The position numbers and the translations under genes are program-made. From Squalus acanthias (Eukaryota): DNA of 64,000 nucleotides. Location of the stretch: the NCBI GenBank assembly GCA_030390025.1, contig CM059429.1, positions 32,488,001 through 32,552,000 of the forward strand, read 5' to 3'. The notes under the pieces are model-generated. The model was not told where the DNA came from and made no database searches. It saw only the letters and a list, made by a program, of their open reading frames with translations. Shown one piece after another: positions 25,131 to 38,561 of the stretch. Numbering within the stretch: position 1 is the first letter of the stretch; every line of letters starts with the position of its first letter.

Positions 25131-26521
25131 AATGTGTCTTTGTTGAAAAGAACTAGGGACTAGAGAATGGGGGTGGGGTGGTGGCAGGAATATCCAGGCA
25201 TGGTTACACAGTGCTGGCTCACCCTGTCTGCCAGTGTGTTTAATTTAGGTCACTATTTGTGCACAGCTGGGACCAGGAGATGATGTCCTGCCACTGTCTG
25301 ACTGTCATCAACCTGTCCTTCTACAGGGATGTGTCATGAGTTTTGTGAGGAGGAATGTGTGGCATGGACATCCACAAAAGGGTTCCCGAATGCTTGTTAC
25401 TGAATTTTTATACGTCAAAAATATTTTTTCCTAAATTTCCTCTTTTTGACACTGTCACTTATGATCATAACTTCCTTTGTCTTACCATCTATGTCACTCT
25501 TACTACATTTACCTTTCATGTGCTCTTCTAATTTATCATGTCTCTCTCATGGTCTAGCTAATGTTTCTGATTTTCTTTTTGATTTGCATTGTTTAACTTG
25601 TGAAAAGGGTCCACGTGGCAGCTGTCACCCACACTACTTACTTCACAAATTCATGTATCAGTTAGGGTGTACAAGCTTGCTATTAACCAAGTGTTTGGAC
25701 TAATGCTTCGCAATGGGCAATATTTTTATGTTACACCTATCAACAATTGAAGAAAAGATGTCATCTCCTGCAGTCTGACTGGACAACTCCAAAAAGTACA
25801 AAAACAATACCAGAAATTAAGCAATAAAGTGTGATTATAACTATTCCATTATGATTATTCTTGCCAGTTTAGCAGAGGTACTGAGGACTATAGCAGTATT
25901 TAATTAAAGGTCGAAAGTAGGAAAAAATAAGCACAAAGGAGAAAACGCCAATGTCACCTGCTACGTGTAACAAGCCAAATTTATCGTCCAAAAATGGGCA
26001 CAAGGGCCAATATATCCCCCAATATTTTTCCTGTGATGTTGAGTCCCAGCTAATATTCCACTGAAGTGAATCACTCTTGTAACTTGATCATGTCTATTTC
26101 ATTCGACAGTTATGAAATTCATGACAACTTTTGTGACCCTTCAAGTAAGAAGGATTAAGCCAGTGACCTAAACAAGTACAGTTTGGTGAACCGCTTAATA
26201 TTTAATAAGTCTCTTCTTAGTCTGGCAATTGCTGAACTTTTCAATATAATTGGAGCACCCGGATTAGTATACAGCACTGAAAAGGATGCTGATATGTGTT
26301 CAACAATGTGAGAGCCATCTCTGGCAGGTGCGCTGCATACTGTAACATGCTGTAACAAAATGTCTCTCTTCCAACTGTCATACAGGCTTTCCAACAGACT
26401 GTCTGACAACACTTAAAAATTGGTATTTCCCCTCAAAAGGGGGAGAATTTTTTTTTGCAAGCTTTGCAGGTGGGAAGTATCTTCCCCTATCCCCCAATGG
26501 TTTTATCAGTAAAGCCCCTAG

Positions 26522-27591
26522 ACAACAACAACAACAATAACAACTTTTTTAATATAGTGCCATTAATGTAGTAAAACGTCCCAAGGCGCTGCACAGGAGT
26601 ATTGTAAGACAAAAAATTTGACACCAAGCCACATAAGGAGAAATTAGGGCAGGTGACCAAAAGCTTGGTCAAAGAGGTAGGTTTTAAGGAGTGTCTTAAA
26701 AGAGGAAAGAGAGGTAGCGAGGCAAAGAGGTTTAGGCAGGGAATTCCAGAGCTTAGGGCCTGGGCAACAGAAGGCACGGCCACCAAAGGTTGTGCGATTA
26801 TAATCAGGGATGCTCAAGAGGGCAGAATTAGAGGAGCGCAGATACCTCGGGGGGGGTTGTGGGGCTGAAGGAGATTACAGAGCTAGGAAGGGGCGAGGTC
26901 ATGGAGGGATTGGAAAACAAGGATGAGAATATTGAAATCGAGGCGCTGCTTAACCGGGAGCCAATGTAGGTCAGCGAGCACAGGGGTGATGGGCGAACGG
27001 GACTTGGTGCGAGTTAGGACACGGGCAGCAGAGTTTTGGATCACCTCAAGTTTACGTAGGGTGGAATGTGGGAGGCCAACCAGGAGTGCGTTGGAATAGT
27101 CAAGTCTAGAGGTAACAAAGACATGGATGAGGGTTTCAGCAAGGGCGGAGACGGGCGATGTTACGGAGGTGGAAGTAGGCGGTCTTTGTTATGCTGCGGA
27201 TATGTGGTCGAAGCTCATTTCAGGGTCAAATATAACACCAAGGTTGGGAACAGTGTGGTTCAGCCTCAGACAGATGTTAGGGAGAGGGATGGAGTCAATG
27301 GCTAGGGAACAGAGTTTGTGGCGGGGACCAAAACCAATGGCTTCGGTCTTCCCAATATTTAATTGGAGAAAATTTTTGCTCATCCAGAACTGTATGTCGA
27401 ACAAGCAGTCTGACAATGTAGAGACAGTGGAGTTGTCGAGAGAAGAGGTAGTCAGGTAGAGCTGGGTGTCATCAGCATACATGTGGAAACTGACGCTGTG
27501 TTTTCGGATGATGTCGCCAAGGGGCAACATGTAAATGAGAAATAGGAGGGGGCCAAGGTTAGATCCTTGGGGGACACCAGAGGTAACATGC
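26522..27591 (-). mobile_element. L2 LINE 3' portion including the RT core
   Basis: [24 protein letters not shown]...FHMYADDTQLY; (CAA)n tail. Confidence 0.95.
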
Positions 27592-27595
27592 AAAG

Positions 27596-27828
27596 CAGAA
27601 GGTCCCAATTAGATTCCCAATCTGTGCTGCATTAGTTGATATCCACTGATAGTTGGGGTTCTATGATTGGCCTCAGGCCTCAGTGCCCCTGGGCTAGGTA
27701 AAGATAAAATCAGTTTTGACTGCCAACCAGTGGCCAATGCTGGAAAGGGTACATGCGTTGAACCTGACTTAGGAAACTGTCAGTCTTCAGTGTAATGTCT
27801 TCCACAATCAAATAGCCTGCTGACATTC
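27596..27828 (+). mobile_element. AmnSINE2-like ancient SINE, degenerate
   Basis: agaaggtccca..tctgtgctg..attggcctcag..gcccctgggctagg..aaatcag..gctggaaag..aatagcctgctgaca; family name from memory; related copies at 33260, 44810 and 57520/59350. Confidence 0.55.
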
Positions 27829-29461
27829 AGGCCGGACCGCCGCAACACGCCTTTCCCAATGTCGGGTCTGTCAGCGCTGAGCAGACCCGACTGGCAGCGG
27901 CGGGCGACCCAATTAAACTCATTATAGTGTACTTACCAGACGTTTAACAGGCTTTTTTTTACCTTACTTTTTAACTTTAAGTTCATGGCCACGGGAAGCA
28001 CGCTGTTTGGGGACCACGTCTGTCAAGCTGAGGCGGGGGTTCAGTGGCCAATGCTCCAGTGGATTCCTTGACAGCTTCAAATGTACAGTAATAGCTCCCA
28101 CCTGACAGAGATGACTTTCCTCAACAGATTTTGCATGCTGCAAATCTTTACACAAGTCTCCATCCAGTCTCACGTCATTACCTCTCTCACCATTGACAAA
28201 TCGTTTCTGTCATCTCTACTTCATCTGTCATCTATTCCATCAACATGGGTGCCATTGTTATTGTCTAACCTTGGTCCTCAGAATTGGACCATGATGAGCC
28301 CCAACACCAGCAGCACCAACAACAACACCAACCTCCTCCGCAATCAACTGATGCTGCACAGGACACAGGGCATCAGCACCCGAGCATATTGCTGCCCGGG
28401 AGACCAGGGATGGCCTCACCATGGCCAGATTTACTTCACTTTACGCTGTACACCCTGGCTGCCACATGATGCGCCAGGTTGGCACCACACCACACCAACA
28501 CCATAAAGCATTCCTACAATGACCAAGCCATTCCTTTCACACTCATCACCATTGCGGGGGGGGTACCGTTATGTCTCACCATTCACTGGAACTCACTAAG
28601 CCACTTCCAAAGGTGCACACAAATCTGTCCAAGACCGGAAAGTGTTGGAAATAAAGATTTCAATGTTTGACAGCACATTAGTAGAAACTTTACATAAACA
28701 TTGGATAAAACACCCAAGTGGCTACCCTTGTGTGTTGTTAGTTGGTATGATTGGACTAGGATGAGAGTGAGTGTGAGGGGCGGCTAGTGAGATAGGGATG
28801 TGATAATGTAGATAGTGATGGGTGGAGGTGCAAGGTAAGTTGGTGTGAGTAAGGATGTGCAGGAGTAGGGTAGGGAAGGCAGAGTGATGGGGATGTGATG
28901 AGAGGCACAGCAGGATGAGGTTGACTGTGGTTTTGCACTAACGCTTTGTGATCTAATGAGATCATTGAAACGTTTGCGCCACTGCACCCAGGCCCTCCTG
29001 TCCACATCCCTGCTTGTGCCCTCCTGTGCAATGTGCAACCAGGCTGTTTTGGTCTCCTGGGGAGGTGTCTTCCGCCCATCGGAAGTGAAGAGGACCTCCC
29101 TGCGTGCTGTGACTCCCTCCATAAGCATATGGAGGGAGTCATGGGAGAGCCTGGGTGCAGCCCTGAACCTCTGTGCAGTCATTGTCAGTGTTTGCAGCAC
29201 TTCAATGCTGTAGAACACTGAGTGCACAAATGTCAAAAGAAAATTGGCCATGATCCCTTTAAGGAAACCGGCTGATGACGCGTCATGAATGATGTCACCA
29301 GACCTGCTTCCTCTAATTAGGCTGGGAAATGCGCTGGGTGGACTTAACAAGCCCTAGCAACGTAAATTAATTTTAGGCAGCGGGATGGAGCCAGCAGCGG
29401 GGCCGCGACCCGCCACCGACACCAGCCGCACCGGACCCACCCAGCTAAGGAAAATCCCGGC
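27829..29461. mobile_element. Internally deleted Harbinger transposon (Myb/SANT gene plus transposase N-terminus)
   Basis: Right TIR-like end ggaaaatcccggc; Myb/SANT ORF on minus; Q/H-rich transposase-like N-terminus (ATG GGT GCC at ~28245) on plus, in convergent orientation. Confidence 0.8.
28945..29190 (-). pseudogene. Harbinger Myb/SANT-like DNA-binding domain
   Basis: RAAPRLSHDSLHMLMEGVTARREVLF...KTAWLHIAQEG...RAWVQWRKRFNDL in ORF 28784-29350. Confidence 0.85.
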
Positions 29462-30559
29462 TTGAATGTCTAGGTTCACACATGTATAGGAAAACAAATA
29501 TAATTGTATGCATATTTATTTTACAGAGGCTGGGAAATCAATCTGAGGAATTTGAAGCATTTATCAGTCTTGTGCTGGTGATGCTATTTTAACTTTTTGC
29601 ATAGAAATTGACAATGTTCGCTGAGGCCTGTAAGGTTAGTGTCTAGGGATGGTAGGCTGTGATGGGAGGGAGGCGGTGGATTGGCTGGTGTGTGCACAAA
29701 TTTCAAATTGCTAGCTAAATTCCTGGGCTGGTATATGACGAATGGGAATTTGAGTTCAGGAGCTTGCTGGCACCCGTGGGCCCATAGACCATAAGGATAA
29801 AGTGCTTTCAGGAGAGGAGAGAAAAGGAAGGAAATTAGCAATAAAAACAAAGTAATCGCCTATAATATTGCTTTCCTTTAAGTGGTGATTGCACAATCTG
29901 TATTAGTCAGCATAGTATTTTGTTTTACACATATAATTTTCCTATTAATAGATTATCATGAGTTGCCAAACAAAGTTGTCTTAGCATTACAAAAGGAAGC
30001 ATAAGAATCCTGTCTCAGATGCATAATGAATGCCAGCAACAATTAAGTAATTCCCGTAGATCCATAATTATCTACATTCAGTACAAACGGCAAAAGACTT
30101 AGTGCGTTATAAACATGAGTGTAAAGTTGCTCTTTTAAAAGTCAAGTTCAAAGATGACCTCCTTAATATCAGTAATGGAGTCCTGGCCACCTCATTACCT
30201 TTTGACATTAGACAGCCTGGAGGATAATAAAGTGATCAAGGTAGCTAAGCAGTTGAGAGTTGTAATCCCATATCAGTAGCTGCGGTGTAAATGTTTTAAA
30301 TATTAATAACACCCAAAGGATTAAGCTAGCATTAATCATCCAACTGCTCGCAAAACAGAAAGTGAACAGGTTGTTTTGATACTGTGATATATTTAAAGTG
30401 GTAAATAACCAGCTATTCATTGTAAAAATACCCTCATATACATTACTATGTAACTTGCATACATCATGGTGCTTACAATATTCGCTCACTATTGTCACTT
30501 TTCTACAATTCAGAAATCCAGGGAAGTTGCACATGTTGGGAAGTCATTGGTAGCAATCG

Positions 30560-31320
30560 CCAAATTGAACACTGTCCTTTCACCACCGTACACTGGGTTT
30601 GAATTCAATGCAGACAGATGGGATTAAAGTCTGCAGTCTCTAATGGCTATTAAGGCTCCTAACTGAAATGAGTTTGGGTAGTTATAACCAAGCTCCTTGA
30701 CAGACGTGAACCCACTGCATGCAGTGCCTATAATTCAGCACTAATTTGACAGGCTCACACACAGGGGACCTCAAGGATTGCTAAAGAGACATTTTGCATC
30801 AGGACTTTTAAAGGTTTACATACACAGGATTACATAGGATATACGGCACAGAAACAGGCTATTCAGCCCAACCAGTCCATGTCGGCATTTATGCTCCACA
30901 TGAGCCTCCTCCTGTCTTTCTTCATCTAAATCTATCAGCATAACCCTCTATTCCCTTTTCCCTCATATGCTTGTCTAGCCTCCCCTTTAATGCATCTGTA
31001 CTATTCGCTTCAACCACTCTCTGTGGTTGCCAGTTCCACATTCTCACCACTCTTTGGGTAAAGAAGTTTCTTCTGAATTCCCTAGTGGATTTCTTGGTGA
31101 CTATCTTATATTGAAGGCCTCTAGTTATGCTCTTCCCCACAAGTAGAAACACTGTCTCTGTATCCACTCTATCAAAATTTTTCATAATTTTAAAGACTTC
31201 TATTAGGTCACCCCTCAGCCTTCTTTTTCAAGAGAAAAGAGACCCAGCCTGTTCATCCTTTCCTGATATGTATACCCTCGCAGGTTAACTTCTGAGTTTG
31301 GGGTAAAGGCACATTAGTCT
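30560..31320 (+). mobile_element. LF-SINE-like relic split by a CR1 insertion
   Basis: cctttcacc..ctgggtttgaattca..aaagtc..tgaaatgagttt..gcactaatt..aaggattg (30575-30780), then ggggtaaaggcacatt (31300-31316), follow the recalled LF-SINE consensus order. Confidence 0.5.
30817..31280 (-). mobile_element. CR1 LINE 3' fragment (different subfamily)
   Basis: MKNFDRVDTETVF...RRNFFTQRVVRMWN; tail tacataggat repeats. Confidence 0.9.
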
Positions 31321-31649
31321 TGATTTATCTCTATTGTAGATGCTATTTTTACCTGTTCGAATGGGGTTTGTGGTTAATGGTTTTGAGGAAAAAAAGTGCA
31401 ATCTCCAATATCAGTGGTAGGAAATTTCTGTTGGTGTTTGGAGAAGAGCCTATAATACATATCAAGATGTGCTATTATTAATTGGAATGTGCCGCTATTA
31501 ATTGTAACATTTATGCTATTACATAAAATAACAATGGTTAAGTGTAAAACAACACTGGACTTAAATACACAGTAGCAAACTTTTAAAAAGCTATGATCAT
31601 AGCGTCAACAATTCATATCACAACACTGCTACATGTCTTTAGCATAATA

Positions 31650-32095
31650 GGGGTTAAATTGGGCTGAGCAGCCCCTGTTTTTTAGGAGCTACCGTGGCCT
31701 CTTAAGGCAATAAAATGGCGGGCAGAAAGTGTGCACACACTTCTGACTGGATGTGCGCCTCCTGCCATATTGGGAAAGGACAATCAAGAGGCATCCTTTA
31801 TCCATGCCTGAAGCAGGCGTTAGTCCATTTACATATGCAAATATGAGAACATAAGAACATAAGAAATAGGAGCAGGAGTCGGCCATATGGCCCCTCGAGG
31901 CCTAACACCTGCTTCAGGTCCCTGCTACAACATTAGTTTTTCCCCTGGCTGCCAGCACCAGCCTCTGGGAAAACCAACTCTAAAGATCACATAAGTAAGA
32001 AAGAGTTAAGTACTTACCACAATCGCCGCCGTTCCCGAGATCCCCGACTTCCGACCTCCAGGCCTTGGTCCCGACCACCAATCACCCTCCTGTCA
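31650..32095. mobile_element. MITE with a CR1 tail inserted in its central palindrome
   Basis: ggggttaaatt start; arms cctgaagcaggcgttag / ctaacacctgcttcagg flank atatgcaaat plus a (gaacataa)n CR1 tail at ~31845-31898. Confidence 0.65.
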
Positions 32096-32204
32096 GTCTT
32101 TCACTATTTACGCTCCCAAAGCTTTCCATAATTTTGAAAACCTTTATTAGATTCCCCCTTAATTTTCTATGTTTAAAAATGTCAATATATTAGCATTAAA
32201 ATCC

Positions 32205-32478
32205 AACTTCTTGTGCATCCTTCCCCTCCTCCCCCCACTCCAACATTGGCAGCTGTGCCTTTATCCACCTAGGCCCCACGTTCTGGAATTCCCTCCTTAA
32301 AGCTCTCTACCACTCCACTTCATTTGACTCTCCTTAAAACCCATCTCTTTGACAAGCCTTTAGTGACCCCCTCCTAATATCTCCCTTGACTTGGCGTCCA
32401 TTTTAACTCATGCCTCTGTGAAGTGCCATGGGGTGTTTTTTTACGTTACTGGTGCTATATAGCTGCAAGTTGTTGTTT
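32205..32478 (+). mobile_element. L2 3' tail, degenerate
   Basis: ctggaattccctcc...ctccttaaaaccc...gctatatagctgcaagttgttgtt. Confidence 0.8.
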
Positions 32479-33259
32479 TTACGGCAGTAGTGAGACCTGC
32501 AGATGTTAATATATTGTAACAAACAGGAGAGCTTTGTCACTATTAAGTACTGGGATTTAATCTATTTTACACATTGAATCCCTTTATTAGTACTGTATTA
32601 AATATGGTACAAGTAATTTTTTTGTAATCACTGCTTAGTTGAAACAATTAGTTAGTATGTTCATTTTTAAAAGAGTTGTATTTTTCCCATGCTGTTGTTA
32701 TTCTTGATTTTTACTATTGCTTCCAAACAATCAATGACATATACAGAACTGCTTAGCAGTGAGATCAGCTCAAGGTGAAGGACTCACTGGATTTGCATTG
32801 TGCCAACAGTGGCCTAAAGGTAGGTATAACTATGTGCTAGCTTAGTTATGCTGGCTGCAGGTACTAGGAGATCTAGCTTCTTCTGACACTGAGAACACTA
32901 CTGTTCCTGCGCAGGCACACTGGTGATTCGAAGAGATCGGGTCACCCGAGTATAAATTAAGAGGCAAAATTGAGGCACATTACATAATATTCCCCAGAAA
33001 TCAGTACTTGCGGCACATGATCAATATAACTGCAGCATATGCTCGATTAATTCACCAATTAATTGTTGTTTAAGCGTATACACTTAAATGTTGTCCATGT
33101 CCCTACATTTACAGTAGACTATAGGTGAATTTTGTGAGACCTGAGGCCGCTGACAAGGCGTTGCATACAGTCAGTGGAAATCAGAAATATTAAAAATGTG
33201 CTTATTTTTGGCTAAATTTCTCCAATCCCTTCCTGCTCCAACAACATTCACAGTTTACT

Positions 33260-33560
33260 AGGAATGGCTCCATGATGTCGGCCACCCCAGTATCTCATCA
33301 AAGTGGTTATTATTCAGTGAGTGCTAGTAGGCTGTTTGACTGTGAAATCCAAGCCTAATCCTATCCCCACCCGAATTCGATGCATGCACTCCCACAGAAT
33401 CGTTGGAAAGCGAAGAAAAATGGGTCCTGTCCAATTTTCGATTTACTATGCCAAGGTGCTGAGGCCAATTGTAATGCCCATAGTTCCATCCTAGTTGAGA
33501 TCAGCTAACTCAGCACGGACCATTATTTGAACCTGCTGCTCTGCCGAGTGCCATCAAGGG
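33260..33560 (-). mobile_element. AmnSINE2-like ancient SINE, degenerate
   Basis: gctgaggccaattgta...gagatcagctaactcagcac, reverse-complement match to 27596-27828. Confidence 0.55.
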
Positions 33561-34864
33561 AGCTATCAGTCATTTTTCATCTGAATCTTTATTTGTTATT
33601 CACAATTCCTATAGAAACCTTAGGTTTTTTGTTTGTATATTCATCTAAATGTGACCCAGATTAAATTGATTAATTGGTTAGTGTTATCAACCAATTTGTG
33701 TGATCACAATAAATGATTTCTACCCCATTCATAAAACACTACTATTGCACATATTTTAATCCACTTACTTGTATTAGAGTTATGTTCGTATAAACTGCGC
33801 TTCCGTGCTTTATACTCATGTTGACTTTTTATGCTAACGTTAGCAAATGGTGGAAAATATATCCCACATGTGCTGAAGAATCAATCGATGACAAAGAACA
33901 GTGAACAGAAGAACAGAAGAACAGAAGAAATAGGAGCAGGAGTAGGCCATTCGGCCCCTCGAGACTGTTCTGCCATTCAATAAGATCATGGCTGATCTTC
34001 AACCTCAACTCCACTTTCCTGCACTATCCCCATATCCCTTGATTCTGTTAATTTCCAAAAATCTATCAATCTCTGTCTTGAATATAAGCAATGACTGAGC
34101 CTCCACAACCCTCTGGGGTAGAGAATTCCAAAGATTCACCACCCTCTGAGTGAAGAAATGTTTTCCTCATCTCAGTCCTAAATGGCCGACCCCTTATTCT
34201 GAGACTGTGACCCCTGGTTCTAGACACCCCAGCCAGGGGAAACATCCTCCCTGTATCTATCCTGTCAAGCCCTGGAAGAATTTTGTATGTTTCAATGAGA
34301 TCCCCTCTCATTCTTCTAAACTCCAGAGAATATAGGCCTAGTCTACTCAATCTCTCCTCATAGGACAATCCCCCCATCCTAGGAATCAGTCTGCTGAACC
34401 TTTGTTGCACTCCCTCTATGGCAAGTATATCCTTCCTTAGGGAAGGAGACCAAAACTGTACACAATACTCCAGATGTGGTCTCACCAGGGCCCTATATAA
34501 TTGCAGTAAGACATCTTTACTCTTATACTCAAATCCTCTTGTAATAAAGGCCAACATACCATTTGCTTTCTTAATTGCTTGCTGTATCTGCATGTTAACT
34601 TTCAGTGATTCGTGTATAAGGACACCCAGGTCCCTCTGAACACCAACATTTCCCAATCTCTCACCATTTAAAAAATACTCTGCTTTTCTATTTTTCCTAC
34701 CAAAGTGGATAACTTCACATTTCTCCACATTATATTCCATTTGCCATGTTCTTGCCCACTCACTTAGCCTGTCTATATCTCCTTGAAGCCTCTTTGCATC
34801 CTCCTCATAACTTACATTCCCACCTAGCTTTGTATCATCAGCAAACTTGGATATATTACATTTG

Positions 34865-35502
34865 GGGGGAAAAATTCAGTTGCTTTGCGCCTACCGTTAG
34901 CGCCCTAAGAGGACGCTAACAAGGCACAAAGCAACTAGCGCCTGGGCGTGGCGCCGCCAACGCCTCCCGCGAAATTCAGCGGGAGGTTAGTGGCGGCGGT
35001 AACCATTAGCGCCCCGCAGCGCTGCACCGCCGGCGATGACATCATCATCGTGCGCAGTGCCCCGCTCGCGCCCCGGCCACGATCTTCAGTAGCGCCCCTT
35101 GACTTACCGCCGGACGCTATGTCTGACGGGGTATGGGGGGCCTATCTGCGGCCGGGGCGGCGCTAATTAAAGGCGAGGTGCCGGGCGGCCATTTTTGTTG
35201 CTGACCGCCTGCCAGCACCTGCCCCCGTTGCCGTCCCGGCCTCCTCTGAAGCCTCCCCGCGGAGTGCCGGCTACGCTCTGTGAGCCTGGCACTTCTCTTG
35301 AGTGCCGGGCTCTTTTGCCGGCACTCCGATCCGTGGTGGCCCAGCTGGGCCCCTCCCCTCCCCTCCCGATATTCTCTCGCAGCGCCCCAAGAGGGAGGCG
35401 GGGTGTTTCCAGTAGCGCCCCGCTTCCCTTTTGGGGCGCTACCGAAGAATTTCGGCCGCGAGGGTGCTAATTTTTTCGGGGCGCGACTCAAATTTGTCCC
35501 CC
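34865..35502. mobile_element. CpG-rich Harbinger-type MITE inserted in CR1
   Basis: TIRs gggggaaaaatt / aaatttgtccccc, TSD TTG; the CR1 reads through (attacatttg|gtcccctcatcc) when it is removed. Confidence 0.9.
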
Positions 35503-35863
35503 TTGGTCCCCTCATCCAAATCATTGATATAGATTGTGAATAGCTGAGGCCCAAGCACTGATCCTTGCGGTACCCCACTAGTTACGGCATGCCAACCCGA
35601 AAATGACCCATTTACTCATACTCTCTATTTTCTGTCCGTTAACCAATCCTCAATCCATGCTAATGTATTACCCCCAATCCCATGCGCACTAATTTTGTTT
35701 AATAACGTCTTATGTGGCACCTAATTGAATGCCTTCTGAAAATCCAAATACACCACATCCACTTGTTCCCCCTTATCTATTCTGCTAGTTACAACCTCAA
35801 AAAACTCTAACAGATTCATCAAACATGATTTCCCTTTCATAAATCCGTGTTGACTCTGCCTAA

Positions 35864-38561
35864 TGTTGGCGGATTGAAGAGCTGAGGCACAATGGACTGC
35901 CACAGGATGAATGAGTCATGGCAACTGCCAGGGAACTTGGCGCAAACATGCATAATGTTCTTCCTGTGGTTACACACCAGCTGGACGTTAAGGGAGTGGA
36001 AGCCCTTGCGGTTTACAAATACAGCTGGGTTGTGATGGGGTGCCCTAATGGTCACATGTGTGCAGTCTACGACGCCCTGCACCCTTGGGAAGCCTGCCAT
36101 ATTTACAAAGCCAACCGCACACCTGGTATCACTTGCTTCATCTGTGTCTCTAAGATTGAGACCATCCATTCAGATGCCTCTGCCACTTCCATTCCTTCCC
36201 CTAGCCCACCGGACCAAACTCTCTCTAAGGTTCCCCCCTGCCCTAGCCCTGAACTCACATCTATCTCCAGTTTCTCTCCGATTTCCCCTCATGATCTCTC
36301 TGCGCTTATCTTGTCTATGAGACTCACTTCCTGCTCCCTCGGCCCTATTCCTACCAAACTGCTGACCACCCAACTTCCTTTTCTGGCTCCCATGTTAGCT
36401 GATATTGTTAACGGTTCTCTCTCCTCAGGTACTGACCCCCTCTCAATCAAATCTGCCATCATCACCCCTCTCCTCAAAAAAACAAACCTTGATCCCTCCG
36501 TCCTTGCAAACTACCGCCCCATCTCCAACCTCCCTTTCCTCTCCAAAGTCCTTGAACGTGTTGTCACCTCCCAAATCTGTGCCCATCTTTCCCGCAATTC
36601 CATGTTTGAATCCCTCCAATCAGGTTTCCGCCCTTGTCACAGTACCGAAATGGTACAAAGTCACAAATGACATCCTTTGTGACTGTGACAAAGGTAAACT
36701 ATCCATCCTTGTCCTTCTTGACTTGTCTGCAGCCTTTGACACGGTTGACCACTCCATCCTTCTCCAACGCCTCTCCAGTGTCGTCCAGCTGGGTGATACT
36801 GCACTCGCCTGGTTCCATTCTTATTTATCTAATCGTAACCAGAGAATCACCTGCAATGGCTTCTCTTCTCGCTCCCGCATCGTTACCTCTGGTGTCCCCC
36901 AAGGAACTATCCTTGGCCCCCCCTATTTCTCATCTACATGTTGCCCCTTGGTGACATCATCTGAAAACACAGCGTCAGTTTCCATATGTACGCTGACGAC
37001 ACCCAGCTCTACCTCACTACCTCTTCTCTCGACCCCTCCACAGAGTCTAAATTGTCAGACTACTTGTCCGACATACAGTTCTGGATGAGCAGAAATTTTC
37101 TCCAACTAAATATTGGGAAGACCGAAGCCATTGTTTTCGCTCCCTGCCACAAACTCCGTTCCCTAGCCACTGACTCCATCCCTCTCCCTAACATCTGTCT
37201 GAGGCTGAACCACACTGTTCGCAACCTTGGTGTCATATTTGACCCTGAAATGAGCTTCCGACCACATAGCGTAACAACGACCGCCTACTTCCACCTCTGT
37301 AACATAGCCCTTGCCTCAGCTCATCCACTGCTGAAACCCTCATCCATGCCTTTGTTACCTCTAGACTTGACTATTCCAATGCACTCCTGGCTGGCCTCCC
37401 ACATTCTACCCTACGTAAACTTGAGGTGATCCAAAACTTGGCTGCCCGTGTCCTAACTCGCACCAAGTCCCGTTCGCCCATCACCCCTGTGGTTGCTGAC
37501 CTACATTGACTCCCGGTTAAGCAACGCCTCAACTTCAAAATTCTCATCCTTGTTTTCAACTCCCTCCATGGCCTCGTCCCTTCCTATCTCTATTATCTCC
37601 TTCAGCCCCACAACCCCCCGAGATATCTGCGCTCCTCTAATTCTGCCCTCTTGAGCATCCCTGATTATAATCGCTCAACCTTTGGTGGTCGTGCCTTCTG
37701 TTGCCTAGGCCGTAAGCTCTGGAATTCCCTCCCTAAACCTCTCCGCCTCTCTACCTCTCTTTCCTGCTTTAAGACGCTCCTTAAAACCTACCTCTTTGAC
37801 CAAGCTTTTGGTCATCTGCCCTAATTTATCCTTATGTGGATCGGTGTCAATTTTTTCGTCTTACAATACTCCTGTGCAACGCCTTGGGACGTTTTACTAC
37901 GTTAAAGGCGCTATATAAATACAAGTTGTTGTTGTTGCTGTTGTGCCTGGTTCTGCTGCTGCCACGGCTGCTCTTCCTCCGATTCCGAGGACCAGGATGA
38001 GAGGGTATAAATGGTTTCCATTCTGCTGGTATGTATATCAGTTGAGGAAGAGATGTTATAAGTGATCAGTCAATGTGGGGAGAGGGTATTCCAAGGAGGT
38101 CACAGTGCATATGGATCTCAGATTAAACACTTACAACCTCAATATACCTGCAAAATGTGTTCCAAAACCTCAAAACAGAAAGTTCTGGCATCTGAAAGTG
38201 AACTCATGTTACAGGTCAGCTTTTATGCTGCAGGTGCAGTTGTCAACTATTCAGCTAGTTGCTAAACCCGGCACAATCAGCTGGCGTGTTTGTCACATGA
38301 CGTGCAACACGCTGAAAATGTTGCAAAATGGGAAGAGCCTCTCAAAATAGGATTATCCAGGCAGTTAACAAGCTGTTAAGTGCCTTAAGTAGCTCTCCCA
38401 CCACTTGGTGTCGGGTCTGATCGGAACTCGCAGACCCGACACTCTGTAAAATTGCGCGGTGGCAGGATGGTAGTGGGTTCGCAACCCGCCATCAATCATT
38501 TTAATTTTAACACCGGACCCGCCTCCAAAACCGCCCTCTGAGTGCTGTCAAAATCGCGGCC
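35864..38561 (-). mobile_element. Truncated Harbinger transposon with a DDE transposase fragment, split by L2
   Basis: 35864-36135: [19 protein letters not shown]...[14 protein letters not shown]...[11 protein letters not shown]; N-terminus METIYTLSSWSSESEEEQPWQQQ at ~37945-38020; TIR-like end aaaatcgcggcc at 38561. Confidence 0.85.
36135..37943 (+). mobile_element. L2 LINE 3' half (RT), frameshifted
   Basis: NYRPISNLPFLSKVLE, QSGFR, LLDLSAAFDTVDH, GVPQG, YADDTQLY; (TTG)n tail. Confidence 0.95.

Noticed and set aside
35837-36169. Host HARBI1 gene
   Set aside because: The fragment is truncated on both sides, embedded in CR1/L2 and linked to a TIR, so it is a transposon relic
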